This document shows positions 1 through 9,665 of a DNA stretch of 64,000 nt, in pieces. The position numbers and the translations under genes were made by a program. Location of the stretch: the NCBI GenBank assembly GCA_964248365.1, contig CAXTYC010000002.1, positions 294,547 through 358,546 of the forward strand. The letters are read 5' to 3'. This DNA comes from an uncultured Chroococcidiopsis sp. Its GTDB lineage: Bacteria; Cyanobacteriota; Cyanobacteriia; Cyanobacteriales; Chroococcidiopsidaceae. Numbering within the stretch: the first letter of the stretch is position 1; every line of letters starts with the position of its first letter. Under the pieces are notes generated by a model. It made no database searches and was not told the DNA's origin. It saw only the letters and a program-made list of their open reading frames with translations.

Positions 1-155
1 CTCTTATGATTTACAACAAACTCAATGAAAGTAGTAATGGAATACAGGATAAAGTAAACCAAAATCTAGTGCAGGTATAATCCTGGTAAGTTGAGTTAAT
101 TTAACCTAAATCATCTCCTTCGCAGTAAGTTTTCGTAAACAGATAGGTAAGATAT

Positions 156-1961
156 ATGCATATTGTAGGTAGGATAAAGCTACCAAAATCAGCCCAGGTT
201 TCTAGCTTATACCTACAGTGCAATGAAGGTGCGATAATCAATTCCCACCCTCGCGTTGAAGAGATTATTTTTCGCCCAGGTGGGATGGTATCTTTCAATT
301 CTTACTTTAATTCGTTTTACGAAAACTTTTATGCCAAGTATACAAATCTTGACTCGTTATACTACTGGCTAAGATTATCAGGGGATTTTGAAATCTCTAT
401 TTATCGAGAAGTATATGGTTCAGATAACCGACAACTGATTTATCAAGAAAAATTTGATAACTGTCAAGCAACAGATTTGATTCCAGTCAAATTACCCGAC
501 TCAAATAACGGCAGAATCTACTTGGAACTATTGTGCCTAAGTGATAGGGGGGTGTTTAACGAGGGATTAATCATCACCGAACAACAGCCAACACAAGAAG
601 TATCTTTGGCAATCATCAGTTGCACCTATAAGAAAGAAGGTTATATCAAAAAGACAGTAAATACAATTGTCGGGGATCAGTTACTACAAACAAAATCGTG
701 GAAGATATTTGTAGTAGATAATGGTCAAACATTAACAGCATCAGATTTTCCCGCCGAGCGAGTGCAATTTATAAGCAGTAGAAACGTGGGAGGAAGTGGG
801 GGTTTTACGAGGGGATTAATAGAAGCCTTACAAGGAAGCTATACCCACTTTCTATTTATGGATGATGATATAGAACTAGAAAGTGAATCGATTTATCGCT
901 TGTTTGCTTTATATGAGTATGGTAAATCCGATTTTGCCGTTGCTGGCAGTATGCTAGATTTAGCTAAAAAGCAGATTATGCATGAAGCAGGATTATTGTA
1001 CGGTAAAGCTGGTAATAGTGATAAATTTAAACCATTTTCAATTATTCGTCTAAAGCATAATCTCAACTTACAAAATGCTAATAACCTCAATCTTCTATTG
1101 TTGGATGAAGATGTAGACTGTGGAGGATTTTATTTTTTTGCTTTTTCTAGAAAAGTTGTCGAACAAATTGGATTGCCAATACCTATATTTGTGAAAATGG
1201 ATGATTTAGAGTTTAGTTTGAGAATTAAACATTTAGGTACTAAGTTAGTAGCTTTTCCATCAATATCCGTATGGCATGAGACATTTTTTAATAAAGCTTC
1301 CCTGTGGGATTATTATTATTATCGCAATGATTTAATAGCTCATGCTATTCACAAACCGCTAAGATATATAAATGCAATTATTTATTTTACTAAACATTTA
1401 ATTTTTAGTTTACTGCTGTTTGACTATAATCACGCAGAAATGCTTATTAAAGCCTTTGAAGATTGTGTCAAAGGTCCTAGCTTTATCAAAAGTAACGACC
1501 CAGAAGTGTTGCATACAGAAATTTTCAAACTGAGTAAGAGCTATAAAACTCAAAGTATCCTGCCAAATTACTCGCCATCAACCGATCAGATGTATGATAA
1601 GACAAAAGCTGGTATTGGAAAAAAAGTTATTAGCTTGTTAACTCTCAATGGTCATTTGCTGCCAGACTTTCTCACAAGTGACGATGATGTATTTATTTGG
1701 CAATCTCCTGACTATGCAGGTCAACGCTCTAAGGCATTTGCGAAAAAAAGAGTGCTAATCTTTAAAGAAGAAAATAACTGTTTATTGCAAAATGAGATAG
1801 ATAAAAAAGCAGGAATTCAACTTTTAACTAGATGGTTGAAAGTTGTTGTAAGTACTAGTGTTAAGTGGTCTTCCATCCGGCAAAAATGGAAAACAGCTTC
1901 AACTGAACTCTCTTCTATTGCGTTTTGGCAGCAATACTTAAGTATAGAAAAATCTAATTAA
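156..1961 (+). CDS. Glycosyltransferase family 2, galactofuranosyltransferase (GlfT2)-like
   Basis: 601-aa ORF with IFVVDNG, NVGGSGGF, MDDD and KMDDLEF motifs; directly upstream of wzm/wzt. Confidence 0.85.
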   Translation: MHIVGRIKLPKSAQVSSLYLQCNEGAIINSHPRVEEIIFRPGGMVSFNSYFNSFYENFYAKYTNLDSLYYWLRLSGDFEISIYREVYGSDNRQLIYQEKFDNCQATDLIPVKLPDSNNGRIYLELLCLSDRGVFNEGLIITEQQPTQEVSLAIISCTYKKEGYIKKTVNTIVGDQLLQTKSWKIFVVDNGQTLTASDFPAERVQFISSRNVGGSGGFTRGLIEALQGSYTHFLFMDDDIELESESIYRLFALYEYGKSDFAVAGSMLDLAKKQIMHEAGLLYGKAGNSDKFKPFSIIRLKHNLNLQNANNLNLLLLDEDVDCGGFYFFAFSRKVVEQIGLPIPIFVKMDDLEFSLRIKHLGTKLVAFPSISVWHETFFNKASLWDYYYYRNDLIAHAIHKPLRYINAIIYFTKHLIFSLLLFDYNHAEMLIKAFEDCVKGPSFIKSNDPEVLHTEIFKLSKSYKTQSILPNYSPSTDQMYDKTKAGIGKKVISLLTLNGHLLPDFLTSDDDVFIWQSPDYAGQRSKAFAKKRVLIFKEENNCLLQNEIDKKAGIQLLTRWLKVVVSTSVKWSSIRQKWKTASTELSSIAFWQQYLSIEKSN

Positions 1962-1965
1962 CAGA

Positions 1966-2796
1966 ATGCACATAGGTAATCGAGAACTAGTTATCGAAGC
2001 AGGACGTACGGAAGCCCAGTATTGGAAAGATATATGGCGCTATCGAGAGTTATTTTATTTCTTGGCTTGGCGCGATATTTTAGTACGTTATAAGCAAACA
2101 GCGCTGGGAATTACCTGGGCTTTGATTCGACCTGTTTTAGGAACGTTTATTTCTGTAGTAGTATTTGGTAATTTGGCAAAATTACCTTCTGGAGGTGTGC
2201 CATATTCAATTTTGGTAGTAGCAGCGATTCTACCCTGGCAATTCTTTGCTAATGCACTATCAGAATGTAGCCTTAGCCTCATCAACAACGCCAATTTGGT
2301 TTCTAAAATCTACTTTCCTCGCCTAATTGTGCCAGCTAGTGCAGTCATTGTTAGCTTCGTAGATTTTTTAATTGCTGGCATGATCTTATTAGCGTTGATG
2401 GCGTGGTACGATTTTATACCAGATTGGCGCATCTTAACGCTACCGTTGTTTATTTCGATTGCCTTTGCAGCAGCGATGGGAGGAGGACTATGGTTAGCAG
2501 CGCTGAACGTGAAATACCGAGATTTCCGCCATATCGTACCGTTTATTGTACAGTTTGGCTTCTATATCTCGCCAGTCGGATATAGTAGCAGTATTATACC
2601 TGCAAAGTGGCGTTTACTTTACTCTTTAAATCCAATGGTGGGCGTGATTGATGGCTTCCGTTGGGCAATTTTGGGTGGTAAGTATCAACCAGACTGGTTA
2701 GGATTCATATTATCTACAGGGATAGTTTGCCTGTTGTTTGCCAGTGGCATCTGGTACTTTCGTAAAACTGAACGTACTTTTGCAGATGTCATTTAA
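1966..2796 (+). CDS. wzm: Polysaccharide ABC exporter permease
   Basis: RDILVRYKQTALG, multiple TM segments, LNPMVGVIDGFR, C-terminal FADVI. Confidence 0.95.
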   Translation: MHIGNRELVIEAGRTEAQYWKDIWRYRELFYFLAWRDILVRYKQTALGITWALIRPVLGTFISVVVFGNLAKLPSGGVPYSILVVAAILPWQFFANALSECSLSLINNANLVSKIYFPRLIVPASAVIVSFVDFLIAGMILLALMAWYDFIPDWRILTLPLFISIAFAAAMGGGLWLAALNVKYRDFRHIVPFIVQFGFYISPVGYSSSIIPAKWRLLYSLNPMVGVIDGFRWAILGGKYQPDWLGFILSTGIVCLLFASGIWYFRKTERTFADVI

Positions 2797-2811
2797 GAAG
2801 GGAGTAAGAGC

Positions 2812-4122
2812 GTGTCTAATATTGTAGTTCGGGTTGAAAATCTGGCTAAAAAATATGATATTCATCACCTGAATCAGGGAAGCAACACAACTCTAAGGGA
2901 TGCGATCGTCAGTACTGCTAAATCCCTTAGTCGTAAAGTCTTAAGTACGTTTGGTGAAAATACTTCATCCCCCTCTCGAGAGGAATTTTGGGCTTTAAAG
3001 GGTGTTGACTTTGAGATTAAGCAAGGGGATGTCGTTGGTATTATTGGTCGCAATGGGGCAGGAAAATCAACACTTTTGAAGATTTTGAGCCGAATTACAG
3101 AACCGACAAAAGGACGTATTGCGATTAGAGGACGAGTAGCAAGTTTGTTAGAGGTGGGAACAGGTTTTCACCAAGAATTAACAGGTCGTGAAAACATCTA
3201 CCTTAACGGTGCTATTTTGGGGATGAGCAAGGTTGAAATTACAAGGAAGTTTGATGAAATTGTAGCTTTTGCTGAAGTCGAAAAGTTTTTAGATACTCCA
3301 GTTAAGCATTATTCCTCTGGGATGTATGTACGCCTTGCCTTTGCTGTAGCTGCTCACCTGGAACCAGAAATTCTGATTGTGGACGAAGTTTTGGCAGTGG
3401 GAGATGTGCAATTTCAGAAGAAATGTCTTGGAAAAATGGGAAATGTGGCTAAGGAAGGTCGAACTATTTTATTCGTTAGTCACAATATGAGTACGGTAGA
3501 ATCCCTATGCAATCGCGGAATTCTAATTGAATCTGGCACTGTGGGTTTAGACGGTAGTTCTGAAGAAGCTGTTAGGGCTTATCTAGAAAAGGCTTACAAT
3601 CTGGCTCAAGAATTGCCTTTAGACCAAAGAAGCGATCGCAAGGGTTCAGGAGAAGTCAGAGCTTCTAGCTTTAGAATTTTAAATGAAAAAGGAGAAGAAG
3701 AACAAGCTTTACAGTCAGGGAAAAATTACTATTTTGAAGTTGGATATTCAAAAAATGTACAGAACAGTCTTAACAATATAATTGTTAGTATTGATTTGTT
3801 CGATGAAAAAGGTGTCAGAGTCCTCTTGTTACGCAACAATTTTACTAATCAGCATTTTACTCTTAATTCCGAGCAAGGTTGTATTCTTTGCAGGATAAAC
3901 AACCTGCCTTTAGTTTACGGCTTATATAGAGTTTCAATATACATATCACAGGCAGATAGGGAAACGCTTGATTACATTGAAGATGCTGCGGTTGTGGCTG
4001 TAGATGGAGGCGACTTCTTTGGTACAGGTAATCCTGGTCTTCCCAACCACTGCAAGTATTTAGTTAAAGCTGACTGGTCAACAACACGCGCTAGTTTTTT
4101 TGAAAACATTCAATCACCTTGA
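2812..4122 (+). CDS. wzt: Polysaccharide ABC exporter ATPase with C-terminal Wzt_C domain
   Basis: Walker A GRNGAGKS, YSSGM signature, DEVLAVGD, ~170-aa C-terminal extension; GTG start. Confidence 0.95.
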   Translation: MSNIVVRVENLAKKYDIHHLNQGSNTTLRDAIVSTAKSLSRKVLSTFGENTSSPSREEFWALKGVDFEIKQGDVVGIIGRNGAGKSTLLKILSRITEPTKGRIAIRGRVASLLEVGTGFHQELTGRENIYLNGAILGMSKVEITRKFDEIVAFAEVEKFLDTPVKHYSSGMYVRLAFAVAAHLEPEILIVDEVLAVGDVQFQKKCLGKMGNVAKEGRTILFVSHNMSTVESLCNRGILIESGTVGLDGSSEEAVRAYLEKAYNLAQELPLDQRSDRKGSGEVRASSFRILNEKGEEEQALQSGKNYYFEVGYSKNVQNSLNNIIVSIDLFDEKGVRVLLLRNNFTNQHFTLNSEQGCILCRINNLPLVYGLYRVSIYISQADRETLDYIEDAAVVAVDGGDFFGTGNPGLPNHCKYLVKADWSTTRASFFENIQSP

Positions 4123-4181
4123 TCCTGATAGAGATGGTGACTGAATGTACGAAATGAATACTCTTACTAAAGGTTGCTTCT

Positions 4182-5729
4182 ATGTCAGACAGAATTCTCT
4201 ATTATAACTGGGACCCTTACTTTAAAAACCCGATACAAGGGGGAGGCGTATCTATATATTGCCGCAATTTAATCGACTACTTAACCGGGCAAGATAATTA
4301 TCAAGTTAGTTTTCTTTATTCTGGTATTGATTATACGTATTTGCGTAAGTCTCCTTACATAAAACAAGTTCATAATCAGCGCCATCCCCAAGCCCCTACC
4401 TTTTCATTATATAATTCTCCTATTGCTGCCCCTTCTTATCTTGCTTTCGATGATCCGATAGGAAACATTCAAAATTCAGAACTTGAAAACTGCTTTCAAC
4501 AGTTTCTGACACAACAAGAGCCTTTCGAGATTATTCACTTTCACAATTTAGAGGGATTAACTGCTAATTGCCTCAAGTTAGCTAAAGAGAGTGGCGCTAG
4601 AGTTGTATTTAGCTTGCACAACTATTGGTCTGTTTGTCCGCAAGTAAATTTATGGAAATTGGAAAGTAGCCCCTGTACCAATTATTTAGAAGGACGAGCC
4701 TGTGTTTCCTGTGTACCCGACCCAGTAGATTTGAACCTAGAACTTACGCTCAAAAAACTGGATAATTTAGGCAGCTTAATTAGTCGGGGTGTGCCAGCAA
4801 TACGGTTAATTAAAAAATTATATACTCGCCTTTACCGCCGCCAAGTTTGGTATCAAACGAAACCTGATACAAAATCTCCCCTCACAAAACCAATAGATGT
4901 GGCAGGTAAAGAACTGCCACAGCAAGCCAATTTGTACCGCCAGCGGCGACAGGAAATCGTCTCTCTTATCAACAGCTATGTAGATGTAGCCCTGTCTGTT
5001 TCTGAGCGTACCAGTTCCATTTACAGGCAATATGGTGTTGATCCTGTGAAGTTGACTACACAGTATATAGGTAGCTCATCAACTCAATTCCCAGTCCCAT
5101 CTAACAATCCAGCAGCATACTCGTTAGGACAGCCCTTCCAATTAATCTACATGGGACCATCAAGAAAAGATAAGGGATTCTATTTCCTGTTAGAGGAACT
5201 ACGTTCTCTGCCGGAAAAGGAATTAAGTTCGCTTGATCTGGTTATAGCTTGCAAAGTTACTGATATTGTTGAGTTAACAAAATCAGTTGAATATAAAGGA
5301 CGGTTGCTATCCCTAGCTCAGTCCGTTCACCGCTTCCGTTACTACCCTGGGTACAAATACGACAATATTCCCAGTATGTTAGATGGAATCCATTTGGGAG
5401 TTGTGCCACCGTTATGGGAAGATAACCTGCCGCAGGTTACTTATGAGTTACTAGCGTGCCGTGTGCCAGTACTTTGCTCTAATCGAGGCGGCGCACAGGA
5501 GTTCGTTCGCCATCCTGCTTTCATTTTTGATCCAGCAAAAGAAGGGGACTTTCAGCACAAACTGCGTACTATTCGAGAAAATCCGCACCTATTAACCGAG
5601 TTTTGGCAAGAGGCGCGATTACCTAAACCAATCGAACAACATTTCAAGGAGTTAGTCGAAATTTATCAGCAGGGCGCAATAAATTCAAATTCGTTTATAG
5701 GTGCAGAGGCTTCTGTCGCAAAAATTTGA
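4182..5729 (+). CDS. Glycosyltransferase family 4
   Basis: GGV, IIHFHNL, SLHNYWSVCP, PPLWEDNLPQVTYE and GGAQE motifs. Confidence 0.85.
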   Translation: MSDRILYYNWDPYFKNPIQGGGVSIYCRNLIDYLTGQDNYQVSFLYSGIDYTYLRKSPYIKQVHNQRHPQAPTFSLYNSPIAAPSYLAFDDPIGNIQNSELENCFQQFLTQQEPFEIIHFHNLEGLTANCLKLAKESGARVVFSLHNYWSVCPQVNLWKLESSPCTNYLEGRACVSCVPDPVDLNLELTLKKLDNLGSLISRGVPAIRLIKKLYTRLYRRQVWYQTKPDTKSPLTKPIDVAGKELPQQANLYRQRRQEIVSLINSYVDVALSVSERTSSIYRQYGVDPVKLTTQYIGSSSTQFPVPSNNPAAYSLGQPFQLIYMGPSRKDKGFYFLLEELRSLPEKELSSLDLVIACKVTDIVELTKSVEYKGRLLSLAQSVHRFRYYPGYKYDNIPSMLDGIHLGVVPPLWEDNLPQVTYELLACRVPVLCSNRGGAQEFVRHPAFIFDPAKEGDFQHKLRTIRENPHLLTEFWQEARLPKPIEQHFKELVEIYQQGAINSNSFIGAEASVAKI

Positions 5730-5810
5730 AGTAATAAGAAGGGTTAAATCACAGATAACTTTGTCTTTGTGACATTAACCTATCTAGGCTTTGAATCATT
5801 ATAAATAACG

Positions 5811-6064
5811 CTGATTTATTGCTATTTCGATGATGTTCTCGGATTCACGTATGGTGATCGAAATGGAGAACGTTTAGCAATACCAGAGTTTAACCCAGCT
5901 AACAAGATGAAAAAATCTCCCAATTTTATGGCTGAAGGCATTTTGTTCCTTGGCTTGCTAATTATTGGTGGGTAAATTGTTTTTATATGGCGCATATTCT
6001 TGACAATAAATTATATGGTTGTAATTATGGTTTTTTAAATAGGATTACTTTAGAGCTTGAATAG
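5811..6064 (+). pseudogene. C-terminal remnant of a gene, possibly a TylF-like sugar O-methyltransferase
   Basis: Translates IYCYFDDVLGFTYGDRNGERLAIPEFN, then after a frameshift KISQFYG*RHF...YMAHILDNKLYG; no 5' half present. Confidence 0.5.
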
Positions 6065-6170
6065 CCTTACGTCTAACTGTGTGAAAACTTAAATACAGAC
6101 ATTGTGAGGAAGGGAATAAATAGCAATGGCTAATTCAATGACAAAAAGCTTTAAAGTAGCTTTTGAAGGC

Positions 6171-7319
6171 TCAACTTGAAGTGTCTCCGACAAGTGAGCT
6201 TAACAACATATATATTTCTTTACCATAAAGCTCCTGGGAAAAAAGCTTGGCAGCCCATTGGCGACCATTCTCACCCATTTGTTTAGCCTCTGCTGGATGC
6301 TCATAAAGATATCGGATTTTCTGCGCCAGCTCCTTATGATCTCCCACAGGATATAGGAAGCCATTAAATCCATCTTGGATTAACTCTTGTGTACCGCCAC
6401 TTTTTGCGCCAACCACTGGCTTTCCAACTCGCATACCCTCGATTGTCACCCTACCGAAAGCTTCACACCTAGAGCAGACAAGTACCACATCAGCACTTTG
6501 CATATACCCAAAGGCGTTTTCGACATAACCAATGAATGTGACGTATTTCTCCAGGTTGTTTTGGGTCACAATTGTTTGTAAATATTGGTGGTAACGTAAG
6601 TCCCCATTTCCAACAATGTAAAGTTCTGCTTTTATGCCCATCTGCATCAAATCAGCAATGGCTCGGATAGCGTCTTCCTGTCTCTTTCCTTCTGCTATTG
6701 CGCCCACGATAACGCACCTGAAGTGGTTTGGGGCTGGCTGGGTAACAGTTAATCGGTTCGGAGCAAAGTTTACCGCTTGATAAACCACCTGCAACTTTGA
6801 GGGTGTTATGAACTGCTGGTACTTTTGAGCTACAGCCTTGGAGTTAACGATGCAAACCTGGGAAAGCCTATCGACCAGCCTTAAAGTCAATTCTCGACCG
6901 AGGTCAAAGACCTGACCATGATCCTCGTAAATAAACTCACGGATGTGCCACACATGAGGTCGCCCAAGAAGTGCGGCGGCGAAAGCTCCAACACCTACAC
7001 TAATGGTATTGGTATACACAATGTCGCACTGCCAACGCATAATCTTTACAGCAATACGGGGTGTCATAGCCAGGTTTTTTAGCAGCTTACGTAAACGCGC
7101 CCGCCTGCCAATGTTCGGATTATCTATCCATGCTTTATATGGAATTACACAAACAGGGACACCACGACGGCTCAATTCATCCTCTAGTGGTCCGTATCCA
7201 GGCATCAAGACAAAGCACTCCACTCCCTCTTGTTTAAGTATGTCTATGGTTTCAAGGAACGATCTTGGTCCTCCTCTCATTTCTATTCCTACACAGGGCA
7301 AGACTAAGCAAACTTTCAC
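6171..7319 (-). CDS. Glycosyltransferase family 4
   Basis: PHVWHIRE, KRQEDAI, EAFGRVTIEGM (EX7E), GGTQELI. Confidence 0.92.
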   Translation of the reverse strand: MKVCLVLPCVGIEMRGGPRSFLETIDILKQEGVECFVLMPGYGPLEDELSRRGVPVCVIPYKAWIDNPNIGRRARLRKLLKNLAMTPRIAVKIMRWQCDIVYTNTISVGVGAFAAALLGRPHVWHIREFIYEDHGQVFDLGRELTLRLVDRLSQVCIVNSKAVAQKYQQFITPSKLQVVYQAVNFAPNRLTVTQPAPNHFRCVIVGAIAEGKRQEDAIRAIADLMQMGIKAELYIVGNGDLRYHQYLQTIVTQNNLEKYVTFIGYVENAFGYMQSADVVLVCSRCEAFGRVTIEGMRVGKPVVGAKSGGTQELIQDGFNGFLYPVGDHKELAQKIRYLYEHPAEAKQMGENGRQWAAKLFSQELYGKEIYMLLSSLVGDTSS

Positions 7320-8257
7320 ACTTTACCTCAGCTTACATAGCAAAAATAAACTTTTTGAGCAACCACTAATTGAAACGTTAGTTTAATTGTTTTGATAAGA
7401 TGCTGTTTAGGGTTGTGGTTGGTTCTGTTTGTTCGTACCCACGACATCGTAGCCAACCTACAAATCTATCTATTTCTAATACTACCTGGTAAAAGAGAGC
7501 CTGTTGAAGTCTAAATAAGTCACACACTGGCAGATTTCATAACTTCACCACTAGATTTTTTCCATGTTTTTTCAAAAATGTTGAATGAATTTACTTGACT
7601 TTATCATGATTATATATTGATAAATACGAAGAAATTTAACTAATTCTCTCATACGAGAGTTTAGCTGTTTTATTGAGTTTTTATTTGGGTAGCGATCGCA
7701 TTCATTGTCAACCAAACCTAACACGACGAGTTATCAATCAAGTGTCACACTTGGAATGATGACACTATTATCCCTGAGTACAAAATAACTAGCGCGCGTA
7801 GACGAAATTATCCAAAAAGGCAATGAAGAAACATATATAAAACTTGATGAAATATTAGCCGCACTAGCACAAATATGGCGCTAGTCGCGTGAAGCAAGAG
7901 CTGAGTATCTCCTATTGCAGCAAACCTTTCACCTCTTAATTGACCTACAATAGTTTTGGGCGATCGCCTGTATCCCCGACTTGTACTGTATAAATGGCTG
8001 AGCGCAAAAACTTGTAATAATTTTTTCTTATCACCTTTGCCTCTACTCTGCCTTGGGCGAAAACTATAGAAAATTTTCCCCCACATAACAGATTTGTTAG
8101 GGGTTCAAAACCAAGGTATAGAGAAGGGGGCAAAATTTTCTATAACTTTGATGATACCCTTGAGGCTCCACTAGCCTTTGGCAACGCTTTGCGAACGCGT
8201 CTTTGCGTTGATCGCGCGACATTATCATCCATATATTTTGCCAGACGGTATCTGCTG

Positions 8258-9223
8258 TTACATTTGGCGAGCTAAACGTTTGGCAAAAGTTCTTTGAACA
8301 CGCTGCGTCCGTGCAATAATCCTATTGATAGAGGAACGAGATCGAGGAGGGGAATTATCTGCTTTCGGATCTAACTCTGAGCTAGCCAGGCATTCTCTAT
8401 CAATTAGTTCTTCTGTAGAATATTGTTGCCGCGATCGCCACTGGCTACGAGGTATTTGCTCATGGGCAAATAATTTACCCACACTGCCCAAGCAGTGATA
8501 ACATGACTTCAACGGTTCAGTAGCATTTAAATATGCTAGTAAATCATGGGCAAATTGGGGAGAATCAGTAATTTTGATTCCATTTATATTAGGTTTTAAA
8601 ATATCGTTTTTAATTACTCTTGGCAAAAATAAACTTTGGGGACACTTATAAAAATATCCCTCAGCAATAGTATGAGAATGCCAAATATGAGCTATTTTAC
8701 AAGTCGAATAAATCCGCTCAACTAGTGAGGTATCCTTTGTACCTACTTCCGAGTACGATTCCCGAAAATCGTCAAAGTCAAAAGATTCGAGAACTACATT
8801 ATGTAATCTTGCTTTATGTTCAATTTCTTCTAAATGCTGTAAATTTACTTTTTTTTCTGGATAAAGTGAGATACAGACTTCATCAACTTTTTTCCAAAAG
8901 GTATCTGTTACTTTGGCTAATAAATGACCATTAGTTACAACTTGTATATATTGACTAACACCTGAACTACGAACGGCATCAATTATTTCAATTAAATCAG
9001 GATGTAGTAGCGGTTCACCACCAATAATTTTTATATATTTAGAACGATAATAATTTGCTAATATAGAAAAATCATTAAATACTTGCCCAGGGTCTACAAA
9101 GAAATTTGTAAAAATGGGTGATAAGTGACTACACCCACGACAGGAAAGATTGCAATGATAAACTACATTGAGTTCACAAGCATTTGGATTATAAATTTTT
9201 CCATCTATTATCTGATAAGACAC
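8258..9223 (-). CDS. Radical SAM protein
   Basis: CNLSCRGC (CxxxCxxC), GGEPLLHP, VTNG; further C-terminal Cys (YKCP, SCYHC). Confidence 0.92.
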   Translation of the reverse strand: MSYQIIDGKIYNPNACELNVVYHCNLSCRGCSHLSPIFTNFFVDPGQVFNDFSILANYYRSKYIKIIGGEPLLHPDLIEIIDAVRSSGVSQYIQVVTNGHLLAKVTDTFWKKVDEVCISLYPEKKVNLQHLEEIEHKARLHNVVLESFDFDDFRESYSEVGTKDTSLVERIYSTCKIAHIWHSHTIAEGYFYKCPQSLFLPRVIKNDILKPNINGIKITDSPQFAHDLLAYLNATEPLKSCYHCLGSVGKLFAHEQIPRSQWRSRQQYSTEELIDRECLASSELDPKADNSPPRSRSSINRIIARTQRVQRTFAKRLARQM

Positions 9224-9504
9224 TAGTTTTCTCCCGTCATATCTTAGAAAAGTTAGATTTTCTTTCCCAAAATACTTGGCTCTATAAGAATTGATATTTA
9301 ATAAATTTAATAGGTATTCTTGGTCTTTTAATGATATAAAAGTGTAAGACCATGAAAAATGATGGTCAACACCTCAACTCAAAAACAAAACCAGCCTAGC
9401 TTTCTGACTAAGTAGTATAACCAAAATTTTACCGAAAAAAAGTAGCTAAATATACAAGCTGCTCGGCTAAGCCCAGCCTGAATCTAGAAGGGGTAATTCA
9501 TAGC

Positions 9505-9655
9505 TGAAGGGACAAGGGAAAGGCAAAAGGGTAAAGGTGAAAGGGTAAAGGGTAAAGGAGACAGAAGACAGGAGTCAGGAGACAGAAGAGAGAATAGTTA
9601 ATTGTTCATTTCCCCCCCCCTTGCGCCCCCTGCCCCCCAGATCCCCAGCCCTCTT
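9505..9655. repeat. Modular short-tandem-repeat cassette (AAAGGGT and GGAGACA/GGAGTCA arm, AT centre, C-rich arm)
   Basis: Seen directly in the sequence. Confidence 0.85.
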
Positions 9656-9665
9656 TGGTCAGAAG

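Noticed and set aside
7808..8133. Two short minus-strand ORFs as a RiPP precursor or gene for the radical SAM enzyme
   Set aside because: No leader/core pattern or recognisable motif; may be a decayed gene but I cannot support a call.
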